DNA from: Methanobrevibacter sp.
Lineage (GTDB): Archaea > Methanobacteriota > Methanobacteria > Methanobacteriales > Methanobacteriaceae
Assembly: GCF_045539575.1 (NCBI RefSeq)
Contig: NZ_JAZQFM010000028.1
Location: 113,687-177,686, forward strand
Reading direction: 5' to 3'
Length of the DNA: 64,000 nt
A program made the position numbers and the translations under genes. How positions within the stretch are numbered: the stretch's first letter is position 1; every line of letters starts with the position of its first letter. A model generated the notes under the pieces. The model was not told the DNA's origin and ran no database searches. It saw nothing but the letters and a program-made list of their open reading frames with translations. Below, one piece after another: positions 1-9,428 of the stretch.

Positions 1-1
1 A

Positions 2-97
2 ATTATAATAATCTTGTCACTTGTGGCATTTATCATTTTGTTCTTCGTACTTTCTGCAACCGTAGGTCTTGCAGCATTAGGAATGAGTATGCAATAA
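2..97 (+). CDS. C-terminal end of a membrane-protein gene that starts upstream of the window (partial)
   Basis: Open frame from the window edge to TAA at 95-97. Translation IIIILSLVAFIILFFVLSATVGLAALGMSMQ* is one hydrophobic helix. A hairpin plus T-run follows. Confidence 0.3.
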   Translation: MIIILSLVAFIILFFVLSATVGLAALGMSMQ

Positions 98-110
98 GTG
101 CTTAGATTTT

Positions 111-154
111 GAAGTGCATTTCCAAAGGTTTTGCACTTCCGATATTTTTTTTTT
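111..154 (+). terminator. Hairpin plus oligo-T, probable terminator of the upstream gene
   Basis: GAAGTGCA (111-118) and TGCACTTC (132-139) form an inverted repeat, followed by a T10 run at 145-154. Confidence 0.4.
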
Positions 155-387
155 AAATGTATTGTGACATTAACATTTGACTTTTCATGTTTTTCAGCTG
201 ATTTTTATTCATGGATATACATCCTAATTTTTATTTAGATTTATTTTTCAAAATGCTTGCCGTTAATGTCAATGTCAGTTAAAATTATTCAATATTTTCA
301 AGTTAAATAACATTTAATAAATTGCATCTTCAATATTTTGTGATAGTATATATCTGTGAAAAATCAAATTATTAATGGGAGATTATA

Positions 388-1749
388 ATGGCTAATAAAA
401 ATGTTGAATTGATGAGGGGAGAGCCTGAAATAGCAGTTCGAAAACTTGCAATTCCAATTATGATATCTATGCTTTTGACAGCATCATACAATATCGTCGA
501 CGGAATTTGGGTGGCTGGACTAGGTCAGGCAGCTATTGCTGGAATAGGATTTGTAACACCGATATTCATGATTTTGAATGGTGTAAGTGTAGGTCTTGGA
601 AATGGTGCAACAAGCAGTATTGCTCGTGCTGTTGGTGCAAGAAACCATGAAGGGGCCAGCAAATCTGCAACACACTCTCTTTTGATATTTTTAATAGCCT
701 CCATAATATTAACAGTACTTTTGCTTGTAATTCAGGAGCCATTGCTTAAAACATATGGTGCAAGCGGTCAGTCATTGGTTGAGGGTATTAAGTATGGTAC
801 TCCATTGTTTTTAGGTTTGTTCGCTTTCATATTTGCTAATGGAGGAAGCGGTGTTCTTCGTGGTGAAGGTGATATGAAAAGGGCAATGTATGCGATGATT
901 GTCTCTGTTGTTTTAAATTTCGTTTTGGATCCCCTGTTTATTTATGTCTTGAATTTGGGTTCAGCAGGTGCTTCTCTTGCAACCATTGTAAGTTCCGTTG
1001 GTTCCGCCTGTGTTATCATGTATTGGATCTTAATCAAGAAGGACACTTATGTTAATGTAACCTTTAGGAACTTCAAATTTGAATCTGAAATAGCCCGTGA
1101 TATCTTAAAAGTCGGAATTCCTTCTTCTCTGGACATGCTGATGATGTCTATTGCAATGAGTTTATATCTCATGTTTATTTCATCAATAGGAGGTGAATAT
1201 GGTATTGCAGCATTCACATCCGGTCAAAGGTTATATTTATTTGGAATAATGCCTTTAACTGCAATAGGTAGTGCAGTTGCAGCCGTTAGTGGCAGTGCAT
1301 TCGGGGCTAAAAACTGGGATTATCTTAACAGAACTCACAAATTCGGTACAAAATTTGCAACAGCAATCGCATTGGTTATAATGCTTATTTTAGTAATATT
1401 TGCACCTCAGTTATCATTGATATTTGCTTATACTCCTGAAACAGCTCCTCTGATTCCTGAAATTACAAATTTTTTAAGAATAGCATCATTTGGTTTGCTT
1501 TTGGTGGGTATTGGAATGCCTTCAAGCTTTTTCTATCAGGGAATTGGTCGTGGAACCACAAGTCTTTGCTGGACAATTATAAGGGAAGTAATATTTACCG
1601 TTAGTTGCACTTACCTGTTTGGAATAGTATTTGGCTGGGGATTAATAGGTATCTGGACTGGTTTGGCTGTTGGTAGGATTTTAGCATCTATTCTAAACTA
1701 TAGTTATGCTAGATACACAATTAAAAAGCTAAAAACCACTTTAAATTAA
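388..1749 (+). CDS. MATE family efflux transporter
   Basis: 453 aa with a polytopic hydrophobic profile. The N-terminal IPIMISMLLTASYNIVDGIWVAGLG pattern and the duplicated 6+6 TM organisation are typical of MATE/NorM transporters. GGGAG lies upstream of the ATG. Confidence 0.85.
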   Translation: MANKNVELMRGEPEIAVRKLAIPIMISMLLTASYNIVDGIWVAGLGQAAIAGIGFVTPIFMILNGVSVGLGNGATSSIARAVGARNHEGASKSATHSLLIFLIASIILTVLLLVIQEPLLKTYGASGQSLVEGIKYGTPLFLGLFAFIFANGGSGVLRGEGDMKRAMYAMIVSVVLNFVLDPLFIYVLNLGSAGASLATIVSSVGSACVIMYWILIKKDTYVNVTFRNFKFESEIARDILKVGIPSSLDMLMMSIAMSLYLMFISSIGGEYGIAAFTSGQRLYLFGIMPLTAIGSAVAAVSGSAFGAKNWDYLNRTHKFGTKFATAIALVIMLILVIFAPQLSLIFAYTPETAPLIPEITNFLRIASFGLLLVGIGMPSSFFYQGIGRGTTSLCWTIIREVIFTVSCTYLFGIVFGWGLIGIWTGLAVGRILASILNYSYARYTIKKLKTTLN

Positions 1750-1780
1750 TTTTTGAAAAAAAAAGAAAAATAGGGAGTAA

Positions 1781-2179
1781 TTATTTATCCAGCAAGTCAG
1801 CTACTTTGTTTGCGATGAATACGCAGCAGTCGACACAAGGGGATTTGTCTTCTCCGTTTTTACTTATGATATCGCAGCGCACTGTGCCGTATTCTTCCTT
1901 AAATGCATTGAATATTTCTTTTGCGTTGGATTTTATTTCAGCAGGGTCGTCATTAATTATTCCGTTTGCCATCAATGCGCCTGTTACAGCACCGCAGGTT
2001 CCTTCATCAAATGTTCCACCCATTCCGCCTGCAAATCCACAGGCTAATTTGACCATTTCTTTTTGTGTAATGTCCGCTTCTGCTGTTTCACAAAGTCCCA
2101 TTAAGGTTGACTCAGAACAACTTTTGAAAGTCCTGTATTCGCGAATTTTCTCTTCTAGAATTTGTTTGTCAAGTTTCAT
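1781..2179 (-). CDS. C_GCAxxG_C_C family redox-active protein
   Basis: 132 aa. Has the GFAGGMGG...GTCGAVTGALMANG motif (C-GCAxxG signature) and a C-terminal CVDCC cysteine pair. Confidence 0.75.
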   Translation of the reverse strand: MKLDKQILEEKIREYRTFKSCSESTLMGLCETAEADITQKEMVKLACGFAGGMGGTFDEGTCGAVTGALMANGIINDDPAEIKSNAKEIFNAFKEEYGTVRCDIISKNGEDKSPCVDCCVFIANKVADLLDK

Positions 2180-2246
2180 AATGCAATCTCCTTAAATAAT
2201 TATATTAATAACGAATTTAAAATATTTATTTATTAAATTTTGTGAG

Positions 2247-3332
2247 TTGATAAAAATTATACATCCAAGACCAAGTCCAATTGCTGCCACTCTTTACACA
2301 TTAAGAGATATGAATGTTGATGTTATTGTTATGCATGGGCCTACTGGATGCTGTTTTAGGACAGCAAGGCTTTTAGAAAGCGATGGCGTTCGTGTTGTGA
2401 CTACAGGAATGTCTGAAAATGACTTTATATTAGGTGCAGGTGAAAAACTTGTTGACACATTAACTGAAGCCTATGATGAATTTGAACCTGAACTGATGGG
2501 AATTGCGGGAACATGCGCAAGTATGATTATCGGTGAGGATTTAAAAGATGCAATTGAAACTGCAGATTTGCCGTGTACAGTAATACCTGTCGAGTCCCAT
2601 GGGGGATCAGGTGAAGGAGACAATACCGTTGGGGCAATCATGGCATTGGATGCGGCAGTTGAAGCCGGCGTGATTCCTCGCGAAGAATCAGACAGGCAAA
2701 TTGAAATGCTGGAAAAGGCAACTGAAGTTGAAAAGACCCGTGGAATGGCACAGGGAAAATATATCAAACCAAACTTCGGAGACTCAAAGGAAAAAGTTGC
2801 AAAAATTGTTGTAAATGCCTTAAAAGACAATAAAAAAGTGGCATTTGTTTTAAATGTTAAAAAGGAAACATCATACTTATTTGCAGATATTGTCAATTTT
2901 GACTATAATGAAATTAACTCTGAAAACAAACCTATTTTTGTAGCCAATCTGGATGAAAACATTGGTCTTCCAAGAATCAGGCAGCATGCGGTCAACATTA
3001 AAGACCAATTGGATATCGAGCCTGATTTCATCACAGGAGGTCTTGATGAATATCCAATCACTGGAAATAATGCTGCAGAATACCTGAAAGATAAGGACTT
3101 GGATTTGATTGTTGTATTCGGTGTTCCTCATGCATTTCCGATTGAAGATTTTGACATAGAATCAATTGCAGTGACAGACGGTCCACGTCTGGTGGAACCT
3201 TTAAGGGAGTTGGGATATACTCATGTTGTTGCAGAGCTTGACGCTCACTCAAAAACTTTGGGAGTGGATGAGATAGTATTTTCAGACTTTGGTGGAATGA
3301 TTAGATCAGCTATTGGGTGGTTAGACGAATGA
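2247..3332 (+). CDS. cfbD: Nitrogenase NifD/NifE-like protein; probable Ni-sirohydrochlorin a,c-diamide reductive cyclase subunit CfbD (methanogenesis marker 13)
   Basis: 361 aa with a TTG start. The N-terminus [34 protein letters not shown]...[14 protein letters not shown] matches my recollection of the methanogen-specific NflD/CfbD family. Confidence 0.65.
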   Translation: MIKIIHPRPSPIAATLYTLRDMNVDVIVMHGPTGCCFRTARLLESDGVRVVTTGMSENDFILGAGEKLVDTLTEAYDEFEPELMGIAGTCASMIIGEDLKDAIETADLPCTVIPVESHGGSGEGDNTVGAIMALDAAVEAGVIPREESDRQIEMLEKATEVEKTRGMAQGKYIKPNFGDSKEKVAKIVVNALKDNKKVAFVLNVKKETSYLFADIVNFDYNEINSENKPIFVANLDENIGLPRIRQHAVNIKDQLDIEPDFITGGLDEYPITGNNAAEYLKDKDLDLIVVFGVPHAFPIEDFDIESIAVTDGPRLVEPLRELGYTHVVAELDAHSKTLGVDEIVFSDFGGMIRSAIGWLDE

Positions 3333-3925
3333 TAACAATTATTGACTATAAAAGCGGAAACTTAAAAAGTATTTCCAACGGGTTTAAAAAAATCGGTGCC
3401 GAATATCAAATAACCGATGATAAGCAGGTCATTGCAGACAGTGATTATCTGGTTCTTCCGGGTGTCGGTGCGTTCGGAAGTGCAATGGAAAACTTAAAAC
3501 CGTTTGAAGATGTAATTAATGAGCATGTCAATGACAACAAACCGTTTTTAGGAATCTGCCTTGGCCAGCAGGTGCTCATGAGTTCAAGTGAGGAGTCAAA
3601 AGGTGTTAAAGGACTTGACTTGTTTAAAGGGCATGTTGAATTGCTTCCTGAAGGTGTTAAAATACCTCATATGGGATGGAATAGGTTAAAAGTCATTAAT
3701 GATTCACCGATTCTTGAAGGAATTGACGGTGAATTTTTCTATTTTGTTCATTCTTATCATGTAATTCCGGATGATGAAGGCATTGTTGCCGGAGTTTGCG
3801 AATATGGCGGGGATGTGGTTGCATCACTGTCACAAAACAATTTGTTTTCCACTCAGTTTCACCCTGAAAAAAGTGGAAAGGCAGGATTGAAAATTTTGAA
3901 AAACTTTACTAATTTGGAGATTTAA
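3329..3925 (+). CDS. hisH: Imidazole glycerol phosphate synthase, glutamine amidotransferase subunit HisH
   Basis: Motifs: [22 protein letters not shown], the catalytic GICLGQQ, HMGWN, FYFVHSY and QFHPEKSG. The ATG at 3329 overlaps the cfbD stop (ATGA). The ORF track's GTG at 3317 is less likely. Confidence 0.85.
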   Translation: MITIIDYKSGNLKSISNGFKKIGAEYQITDDKQVIADSDYLVLPGVGAFGSAMENLKPFEDVINEHVNDNKPFLGICLGQQVLMSSSEESKGVKGLDLFKGHVELLPEGVKIPHMGWNRLKVINDSPILEGIDGEFFYFVHSYHVIPDDEGIVAGVCEYGGDVVASLSQNNLFSTQFHPEKSGKAGLKILKNFTNLEI

Positions 3926-3927
3926 TT

Positions 3928-5292
3928 ATGGATATTGAAGGCTTTGTAAGGGCTAGAATTGATGATTATGATTATAATGATCTTGCAGAAATTTTAGCAG
4001 TAAGAATACGCGAATACAAAAAGATATCAGAAGAAAACTCAGTAGAAATGGCAAAAGCAGTAATTGACGAAGTCTCAACAACTTTAAAATTGCAGGAAAG
4101 TGATGACGAGTTTTTAAAGGAAATAGCTAGTGTAAATAAGGCTGATGTGCTCATGGGTGAAATGGGTGTAGGATCCCGTGGAGCAGGCGACTTTTTTGTT
4201 CACAGAAAAATAGCGGAAATCGTATCATCAACAAACACTGCATCACTGGTTAACCCATCAGAACAGGACGATGGAGGTGTTGTAAAAGCACCAGTCAACA
4301 ACGATGAAGTTTATATTACAACTGCTGTTGATGGAATACACTCAAGATTAAGTGAATATCCATTTTTAGGCGGTTTTCATGTAACTCGTGCAACACTGAG
4401 GGATGTTTGTGTTATGGGAGCAGACCCGGTTGCAATATTAAGTGACGTTCACCTTGCAGATGACGGTGATGTTGCAAAGATATTTGACTTCACTGCAGGT
4501 GTTGCTGCAGTTTCAGAACTTGTAGATGTTCCGATTGTGGCCGGAAGTACCTTGCGTGTCGGAGGAGACATGGTTTTAGGAGACAGGTTTGTCTCAGCGG
4601 TTGGAAGTGTAGGAGTATCAGCTTATCCGCCAACTGCAAGAAAAGGTGCAACTGAAGGGGATGTAATTTTATTAACTGAAGGTTCAGGTGGAGGAACAAT
4701 TACAACAACAGCACTTTACAATGGATTCTTTGATGTTGTATGGGATACAATGAACGTTAACTTTGTTCAGGCATCACATGCGCTGTTTGAAGCGGACCTT
4801 GTAAAAGACATTCATGCAATGACTGATGTGACAAATGGAGGTCTTAGAGGCGATGCCCATGAGATTTCAAACACAACAGGCGTCGGTCTTGAGTTTTATG
4901 AAAAGGAAATCAGACAGATGGTTGCTCCAAATGTGCTGAACATGCTTGAAACATTGAATATTGATCCGTTGGGTGTTTCAACCGATTCATTGATGTTGAT
5001 TGCACCTCCTGAAATTGTAGGAGACATCAAAAAGGCAGTTGCCAAATATGATGTTGCAATTTCTGAAATTGGTGAGGTTAACAATTCAGGAGAACCGATT
5101 TTAATAAAAGAAGATTCCACAGAAGAGAAACTTGTTCCATTGTTCAGGGAAGCTGCATACACTAAAATCAAAAAACTGGTTGGTGAAACAACACCTGAAG
5201 ACTTTGAGCAAATGAAGGAAAAGGTTCAAAAGGCTTCAGATGCAGCTATTGCCAAAAAGGAAAAAGTAATAGAACACATTCGTGGAAACTGA
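3928..5292 (+). CDS. AIR synthase-related protein (PurM/HypE/ThiL superfamily), archaeal long form
   Basis: 454 aa. The central DDGGVV...TTAVDGIHS...GGFHVTRATLRDVCVMGADP...VAGSTLRVGGD pattern is PurM-fold-like. Starts 2 nt after hisH. Confidence 0.7.
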   Translation: MDIEGFVRARIDDYDYNDLAEILAVRIREYKKISEENSVEMAKAVIDEVSTTLKLQESDDEFLKEIASVNKADVLMGEMGVGSRGAGDFFVHRKIAEIVSSTNTASLVNPSEQDDGGVVKAPVNNDEVYITTAVDGIHSRLSEYPFLGGFHVTRATLRDVCVMGADPVAILSDVHLADDGDVAKIFDFTAGVAAVSELVDVPIVAGSTLRVGGDMVLGDRFVSAVGSVGVSAYPPTARKGATEGDVILLTEGSGGGTITTTALYNGFFDVVWDTMNVNFVQASHALFEADLVKDIHAMTDVTNGGLRGDAHEISNTTGVGLEFYEKEIRQMVAPNVLNMLETLNIDPLGVSTDSLMLIAPPEIVGDIKKAVAKYDVAISEIGEVNNSGEPILIKEDSTEEKLVPLFREAAYTKIKKLVGETTPEDFEQMKEKVQKASDAAIAKKEKVIEHIRGN

Positions 5293-5309
5293 TCTTTTAA
5301 ATATTTCTA

Positions 5310-5366
5310 AAGTGTGACAATGCGCATTGTCATAATGTCGCACTTACCTATTTTTTATTTATTTTT
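5310..5366 (+). terminator. Strong palindromic hairpin plus T-rich tract downstream of the PurM-like gene
   Basis: Perfect 18-bp palindrome TGACAATGC|GCATTGTCA (5315-5332), nested within AAGTGTGAC/GTCGCACTT (5310-5345). Followed by TTTTTTATTTATTTTT. Confidence 0.45.
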
Positions 5367-5383
5367 GATAACAATCTTTCTTC

Positions 5384-5821
5384 ATGAAAGACAATAGCGG
5401 AAGTTTATACATAATCGAGGCCATTTTGGCAATCACAATTCTTTTGGTAGCTGTTTTTGTTGTAAATACCGTAATTTCAATTCCGTCTCCAGAATATTCA
5501 TATGAAGCCCACGATTTGACTTCAGCTCAGGATACGATGGAGGTTCTGGCTGGAAAAATAGATTTTGAGGACCAAACGTTTTTGTGTGAAATCTCAACTA
5601 TTTTAAAGGAAAACAAGAATTCAAAAAAATCAATAGGTGAGGTTTCTGAAATCTGTCAAAATAAACTGGACAGCTTTAAAATTGCCAACTACAAGTTTTG
5701 TGAGAATAACAAGTTGAAAGGAAAGGTACTGGCTTATAGGGGTAATGACAATAATGCAGGAGAGGTATCTGTTGCAACAAGAACCTATGGGGATTATTCG
5801 TATACATTGTATGTATGGTAA
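5384..5821 (+). CDS. Hypothetical N-terminally anchored protein, possibly type IV pilin-like
   Basis: 145 aa. Has a short polar N-terminus and then one hydrophobic helix (MKDNSGS|LYIIEAILAITILLVAVFVV) with Glu 5 residues after a small-residue site. No SD; a T/A-rich box sits 20-35 nt upstream. Confidence 0.45.
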   Translation: MKDNSGSLYIIEAILAITILLVAVFVVNTVISIPSPEYSYEAHDLTSAQDTMEVLAGKIDFEDQTFLCEISTILKENKNSKKSIGEVSEICQNKLDSFKIANYKFCENNKLKGKVLAYRGNDNNAGEVSVATRTYGDYSYTLYVW

Positions 5822-5872
5822 TAATTTAAATACTATTAATGGCATATATTAATATGTTATCTTATTTTGTTT

Positions 5873-5946
5873 GCCCTGGTGGTGTAGTTTGGATAACACA
5901 TGGGACTGCGGATCCCATTCCCCGGGTTCAAATCCCGGCCAGGGCA
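5873..5946 (+). tRNA. tRNA-Arg (anticodon GCG)
   Basis: Cloverleaf folded by hand. Acceptor GCCCTGG/CCAGGGC, anticodon stem TGGGA/TCCCA, loop CTGCGGA, T-arm CCGGG-TTCAAAT-CCCGG. No encoded CCA. Confidence 0.9.
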
Positions 5947-5966
5947 TTGTTATTTTCCGTGATATT

Positions 5967-7223
5967 ATGTTAAATGCTAATACTTATGTTACATCTCAAA
6001 AGGGTATTGGTGGAACTATCAGAAACCAATATGAAGATTTTTACGTTGAAGAAATTCCTGAAGTCATTCCTGAAGGGGAAGGGCCAAACGTTTATGTGTG
6101 GATTGAAAAATTAGGAAGAACCACACTTGATGTTGTACTGGACATTGCCCGTGATTTGCACATTTCTAGAAAAAGAATGGGTTTTGCAGGAATGAAGGAC
6201 AAAAAGGCAATTACCCGTCAATGGATCTGTATAGCAAACATGGATTCAGAGGAACAATTTAGGCAGGTTGAAAGCCTTGACATTTACAAAACTGATTTTT
6301 TAAAAGTTGTCCGTGGACGCAAAAAGCTCAGAATGGGTCAGCTTAAAGGGAATAAATTCAAAATTCTAGTTAAGGATTTGGATGACATTCAGGAAAGTGC
6401 AGATATTGCAAATGAAGTTTTAGCCCAGCTTGAGATAACAGGAGTTCCAAATTATTTCGGATGGCAAAGATTTGGAAAGCCGAGGACAATAACTCATTTG
6501 GTCGGTAAGGCACTGGTCGAAAATGACATAAAAAAGGCAGTCGACACTTATATCGGAAATCCACAGGATGATGAATCAGAGGAAAATCAACTTGCAAGAC
6601 AGGCATATGATGACGGAAATCTGGAAGAATCTCTTAATCTCATGGGAAAAGGAATGCGCTATGAGAAAATGATGATAAAAGAATTGATTAGGGGTTCCAA
6701 AAAAGGAGATTTGACTGATAAATATTATATGAATGCGCTCCATGCACTTCCAAAACCGCTTCAAAGAATGTTTGTGCATGCTTATCAATCTTATTTATTC
6801 AACGAAGCCGTAAGCAATAGGGTCTCTATGGGTATAGATAAATATATTGAAGGAGACATAGTTATTGATACCGAAGAAAATATAGTTCGTGATAAAACTG
6901 TTGAAGAGTATCAGGAATTAATCACAAACTTTAAGGCCAATCCAACATGTCCGCTGTTCGGTACAAAAGTGCCGTTTGCAGACGGTGAAGTTGGTGCGAT
7001 GGAAGAGGATATTTTAAAGAAATATGATATTACAAAACAAGATTTTGAAGTTCCAAAAATGCCTAGGTTAGGAAGTCACGGTCTTAGACGCCAAATGCGT
7101 TTCCAGGTATGGGACACAAAGGCAACTCCAACCGATGATGGTCTTTTATGTGAATTTTCAATAGATAAGGGTTCTTATGCAACTGCAGTTTTAAGAGAAA
7201 TAATGAAAAAAGATGTTATTTAG
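5967..7223 (+). CDS. truD: tRNA pseudouridine synthase TruD/Pus7 family
   Basis: Motifs: GIGGTIRNQYEDFYVEEIP, GFAGMKDKKAITRQW and NYFGWQRFG. Start moved to the ATG at 5967 because the ORF-track start at 5871 lies inside the tRNA-Arg gene. Confidence 0.85.
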   Translation: MLNANTYVTSQKGIGGTIRNQYEDFYVEEIPEVIPEGEGPNVYVWIEKLGRTTLDVVLDIARDLHISRKRMGFAGMKDKKAITRQWICIANMDSEEQFRQVESLDIYKTDFLKVVRGRKKLRMGQLKGNKFKILVKDLDDIQESADIANEVLAQLEITGVPNYFGWQRFGKPRTITHLVGKALVENDIKKAVDTYIGNPQDDESEENQLARQAYDDGNLEESLNLMGKGMRYEKMMIKELIRGSKKGDLTDKYYMNALHALPKPLQRMFVHAYQSYLFNEAVSNRVSMGIDKYIEGDIVIDTEENIVRDKTVEEYQELITNFKANPTCPLFGTKVPFADGEVGAMEEDILKKYDITKQDFEVPKMPRLGSHGLRRQMRFQVWDTKATPTDDGLLCEFSIDKGSYATAVLREIMKKDVI

Positions 7224-7231
7224 GTGAAAGT

Positions 7232-7804
7232 ATGGTAGTTTGTCCGGATTGTGGAAAAGAAGTTCCAGATGCTAATTTCTGTAAAAATTGTGGAGCTGCT
7301 CTTCCTGAAAAAAGTGAAATTGTTGAAGTTGAAGACGCAACACCAGTTGAAGCAGAAGTTGTTGAAACAATTCCTGTAGTGGCTGAAGAAGTGGAAACTG
7401 AAGAGGAAATTCCTTCCAGTTCAAGTAATGGTCCTAAATTCTGTCACAGTTGCGGATTTAAGCTTGACGGTAACTATAAATTCTGTCCAAATTGCGGATA
7501 TGATTTGGAAAACAAGACCCAGGTAAGGTCAAGGTCATATGATTCAGTCGTAACAACAGAAGAGAAAAGTGTTCTTGTATCTGTCATTTTAAGTATCATT
7601 ATACCTGGTTTAGGTCATTTTTATTTAGGACTGTCCCGTAAGGGTGCAATATTTTTATTAGCTTATGTTGTATCTGCTATTCTGATTTTATTGCTGGTAG
7701 GATTTATATTGATCTTAGTAATTTGGATTTGGGCATTAGTTGATGTAATTCAGTCCACAAATGCTCTGAATAATGGTGAAAGTGTTGAAGATAAATTATT
7801 ATAA
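7232..7804 (+). CDS. Double zinc-ribbon protein with C-terminal TM domain
   Basis: Two CPxCG...FCxNCG zinc ribbons are separated by an acidic VE-rich linker. The C-terminal IPGLGHFYLG...two-TM segment is TM2-like. Confidence 0.7.
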   Translation: MVVCPDCGKEVPDANFCKNCGAALPEKSEIVEVEDATPVEAEVVETIPVVAEEVETEEEIPSSSSNGPKFCHSCGFKLDGNYKFCPNCGYDLENKTQVRSRSYDSVVTTEEKSVLVSVILSIIIPGLGHFYLGLSRKGAIFLLAYVVSAILILLLVGFILILVIWIWALVDVIQSTNALNNGESVEDKLL

Positions 7805-7816
7805 TCAGTGATTTTT

Positions 7817-8206
7817 ATGATTGAATGTAGAAGTATCGCAAAGGGAAAAGGAAAAGGGGAACTGATTGTCTCATCCGAGCCAATTAGTTTTTTAGGCGGA
7901 GTAAATCCTGAAAATGGTCAGGTCATTGACCCTAATCATGAATTGAAAGGTCAATCAATTAAAGATAAGGTACTGTTTATTCCTGGAGGAAAAGGTTCCA
8001 CAGTTGGATCTTATGTAATTTTCCAGATGAAGAAAAACAATACTGCTCCAAAAGCAATCATATGTCTTAATGCTGAGCCTATCATTGCTACTGGCGCTAT
8101 CATGTCTGATATTCCTATGGTTGACTCTCCAAGTGATGTTAAGGATTTAACTAACGGAACCTTGGTTGAAGTTGATGGGGATAACGGAACAATAGAACTG
8201 TTGTAG
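7817..8206 (+). CDS. Aconitase X swivel-domain protein (DUF126; phosphomevalonate dehydratase small-subunit-like)
   Basis: Has [25 protein letters not shown]...[38 protein letters not shown]...IATGAI. An alternative GTG start is at 7808. Confidence 0.65.
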   Translation: MIECRSIAKGKGKGELIVSSEPISFLGGVNPENGQVIDPNHELKGQSIKDKVLFIPGGKGSTVGSYVIFQMKKNNTAPKAIICLNAEPIIATGAIMSDIPMVDSPSDVKDLTNGTLVEVDGDNGTIELL

Positions 8207-8213
8207 TGATAAT

Positions 8214-9428
8214 ATGCAAACTCTAATTGAAAATGTCAATATAGTAAATCCGTTTGAAGATGTTAAAACTCATCAGAATGTATTGATTGAAGATAATCTG
8301 ATAAAGGAAATATCTTCATCCAAAATCAACGCTAAAGATAATGTTAATGTTATTGACGGTGAGGACAACTATTTGCTTTCTGGTTTTATTGACTGTCACA
8401 CTCACATTTTTGCAAAAGGTTTTCACAAAGAGGAAAACATGGCAAATCCTTTGGGACTTCATTTTTACAATGCCGTTCCTCACTCACTTCAAACAATCAA
8501 TGCGGGTGTAACTTCAATTAGGGATTGCGGATCTGCTGATTTAAGCTTTAAATTGGCACAGGAGAGAAAATTATTCAAGGCACCGAAAATTCACCTGTCA
8601 ATAACTCCGCTGGTCATGACAGGAGGACATTTTGACTTATTGCTTCCGTCAGGATTTGACATGGAAATAATGTATCCGGGTTTTCCCAAAGGAAGGTGCG
8701 ATGGGATTGAAGAGGTATTGAAAAAGACCCGTGAAGTTAAAAGGGCAGGCGCTGATTTTATAAAGGTAATGTGCAGTGGCGGAGTTTTGACAACAAATAC
8801 TTCTCCGGAATTTGCACAGTTCAATAAAAAGGAACTTAAGACAATAGTTAAAGAAGCCAGTGCTAATGACATGAAGGTTTCAGCTCATTGTCATAGTCTA
8901 AAAGGAATGAACAACTGTATTGATGCTGGATTTTCATCAATTGAACATGGAACATTCATTGACAGGAAAACTGCTCAAAGAATGGTTGAAAAAGAAGTTA
9001 GTTTAGTTCCAACACTATTAGTACATCAATTCTTGTATGAGCATGGTTTTCCCGCATGGGATAACTACGCACTGGAAAAAACAGAAAAACTAAAAGAAAT
9101 AGTCAAAGTTCACAAGGAAAACATATCCGTTGCTTATGATGAGGGTGTCAATATTTTAATGGGCACTGACAGTGGAGTTATTCCTCATGGTCATAATTTA
9201 GAGGAGTTAATCCATTTAACAGACATTGGAATGTCACCTGAAGAAGCAATTGCTAGTGGAACTGTTAATGCGGCTAAATATCTGGGCTGTGATGATCTGG
9301 GACTTGTTAAAGAAAACTATGTTGCAGATTTGATTTTGGTCAATTCAAATCCTTTGGATGATGTTTCTGTTTTAAGTGTTAATGATAACATTTTGCATGT
9401 TTTACAAGATGGTGATGTTTTAAAATGA
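8214..9428 (+). CDS. Amidohydrolase family metal-dependent hydrolase
   Basis: 404 aa. Has the GFIDCHTHIF (HxH) motif, a later SAHCH, and a C-terminal ADLILVNSNPLDD typical of the imidazolonepropionase/Xaa-Pro-dipeptidase-like amidohydrolases. Confidence 0.8.
   Translation: MQTLIENVNIVNPFEDVKTHQNVLIEDNLIKEISSSKINAKDNVNVIDGEDNYLLSGFIDCHTHIFAKGFHKEENMANPLGLHFYNAVPHSLQTINAGVTSIRDCGSADLSFKLAQERKLFKAPKIHLSITPLVMTGGHFDLLLPSGFDMEIMYPGFPKGRCDGIEEVLKKTREVKRAGADFIKVMCSGGVLTTNTSPEFAQFNKKELKTIVKEASANDMKVSAHCHSLKGMNNCIDAGFSSIEHGTFIDRKTAQRMVEKEVSLVPTLLVHQFLYEHGFPAWDNYALEKTEKLKEIVKVHKENISVAYDEGVNILMGTDSGVIPHGHNLEELIHLTDIGMSPEEAIASGTVNAAKYLGCDDLGLVKENYVADLILVNSNPLDDVSVLSVNDNILHVLQDGDVLK

Noticed and set aside
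1806-2195. 129-aa plus-strand ORF antisense to the C_GCAxxG gene. The same reasoning applies to 2471-2896, 8591-8872, 11622-11984, 14431-14763, 17637-18065, 24545-24931, 30760-31071, 34779-35174, 43000-43323, 50939-51325 and 55461-55943.
   Set aside because: These are shadow ORFs on the opposite strand of well-supported genes. Their translations are low-complexity S/L/F/I-rich with no motifs, and they have no SD sequences.
5871-5966. ORF-track start of the 450-aa ORF (MPWWCSLDNTWDCGSHSPGSNPGQG...)
   Set aside because: These codons are simply the tRNA-Arg(GCG) gene read as protein. The TruD homology begins at the ATG at 5967.
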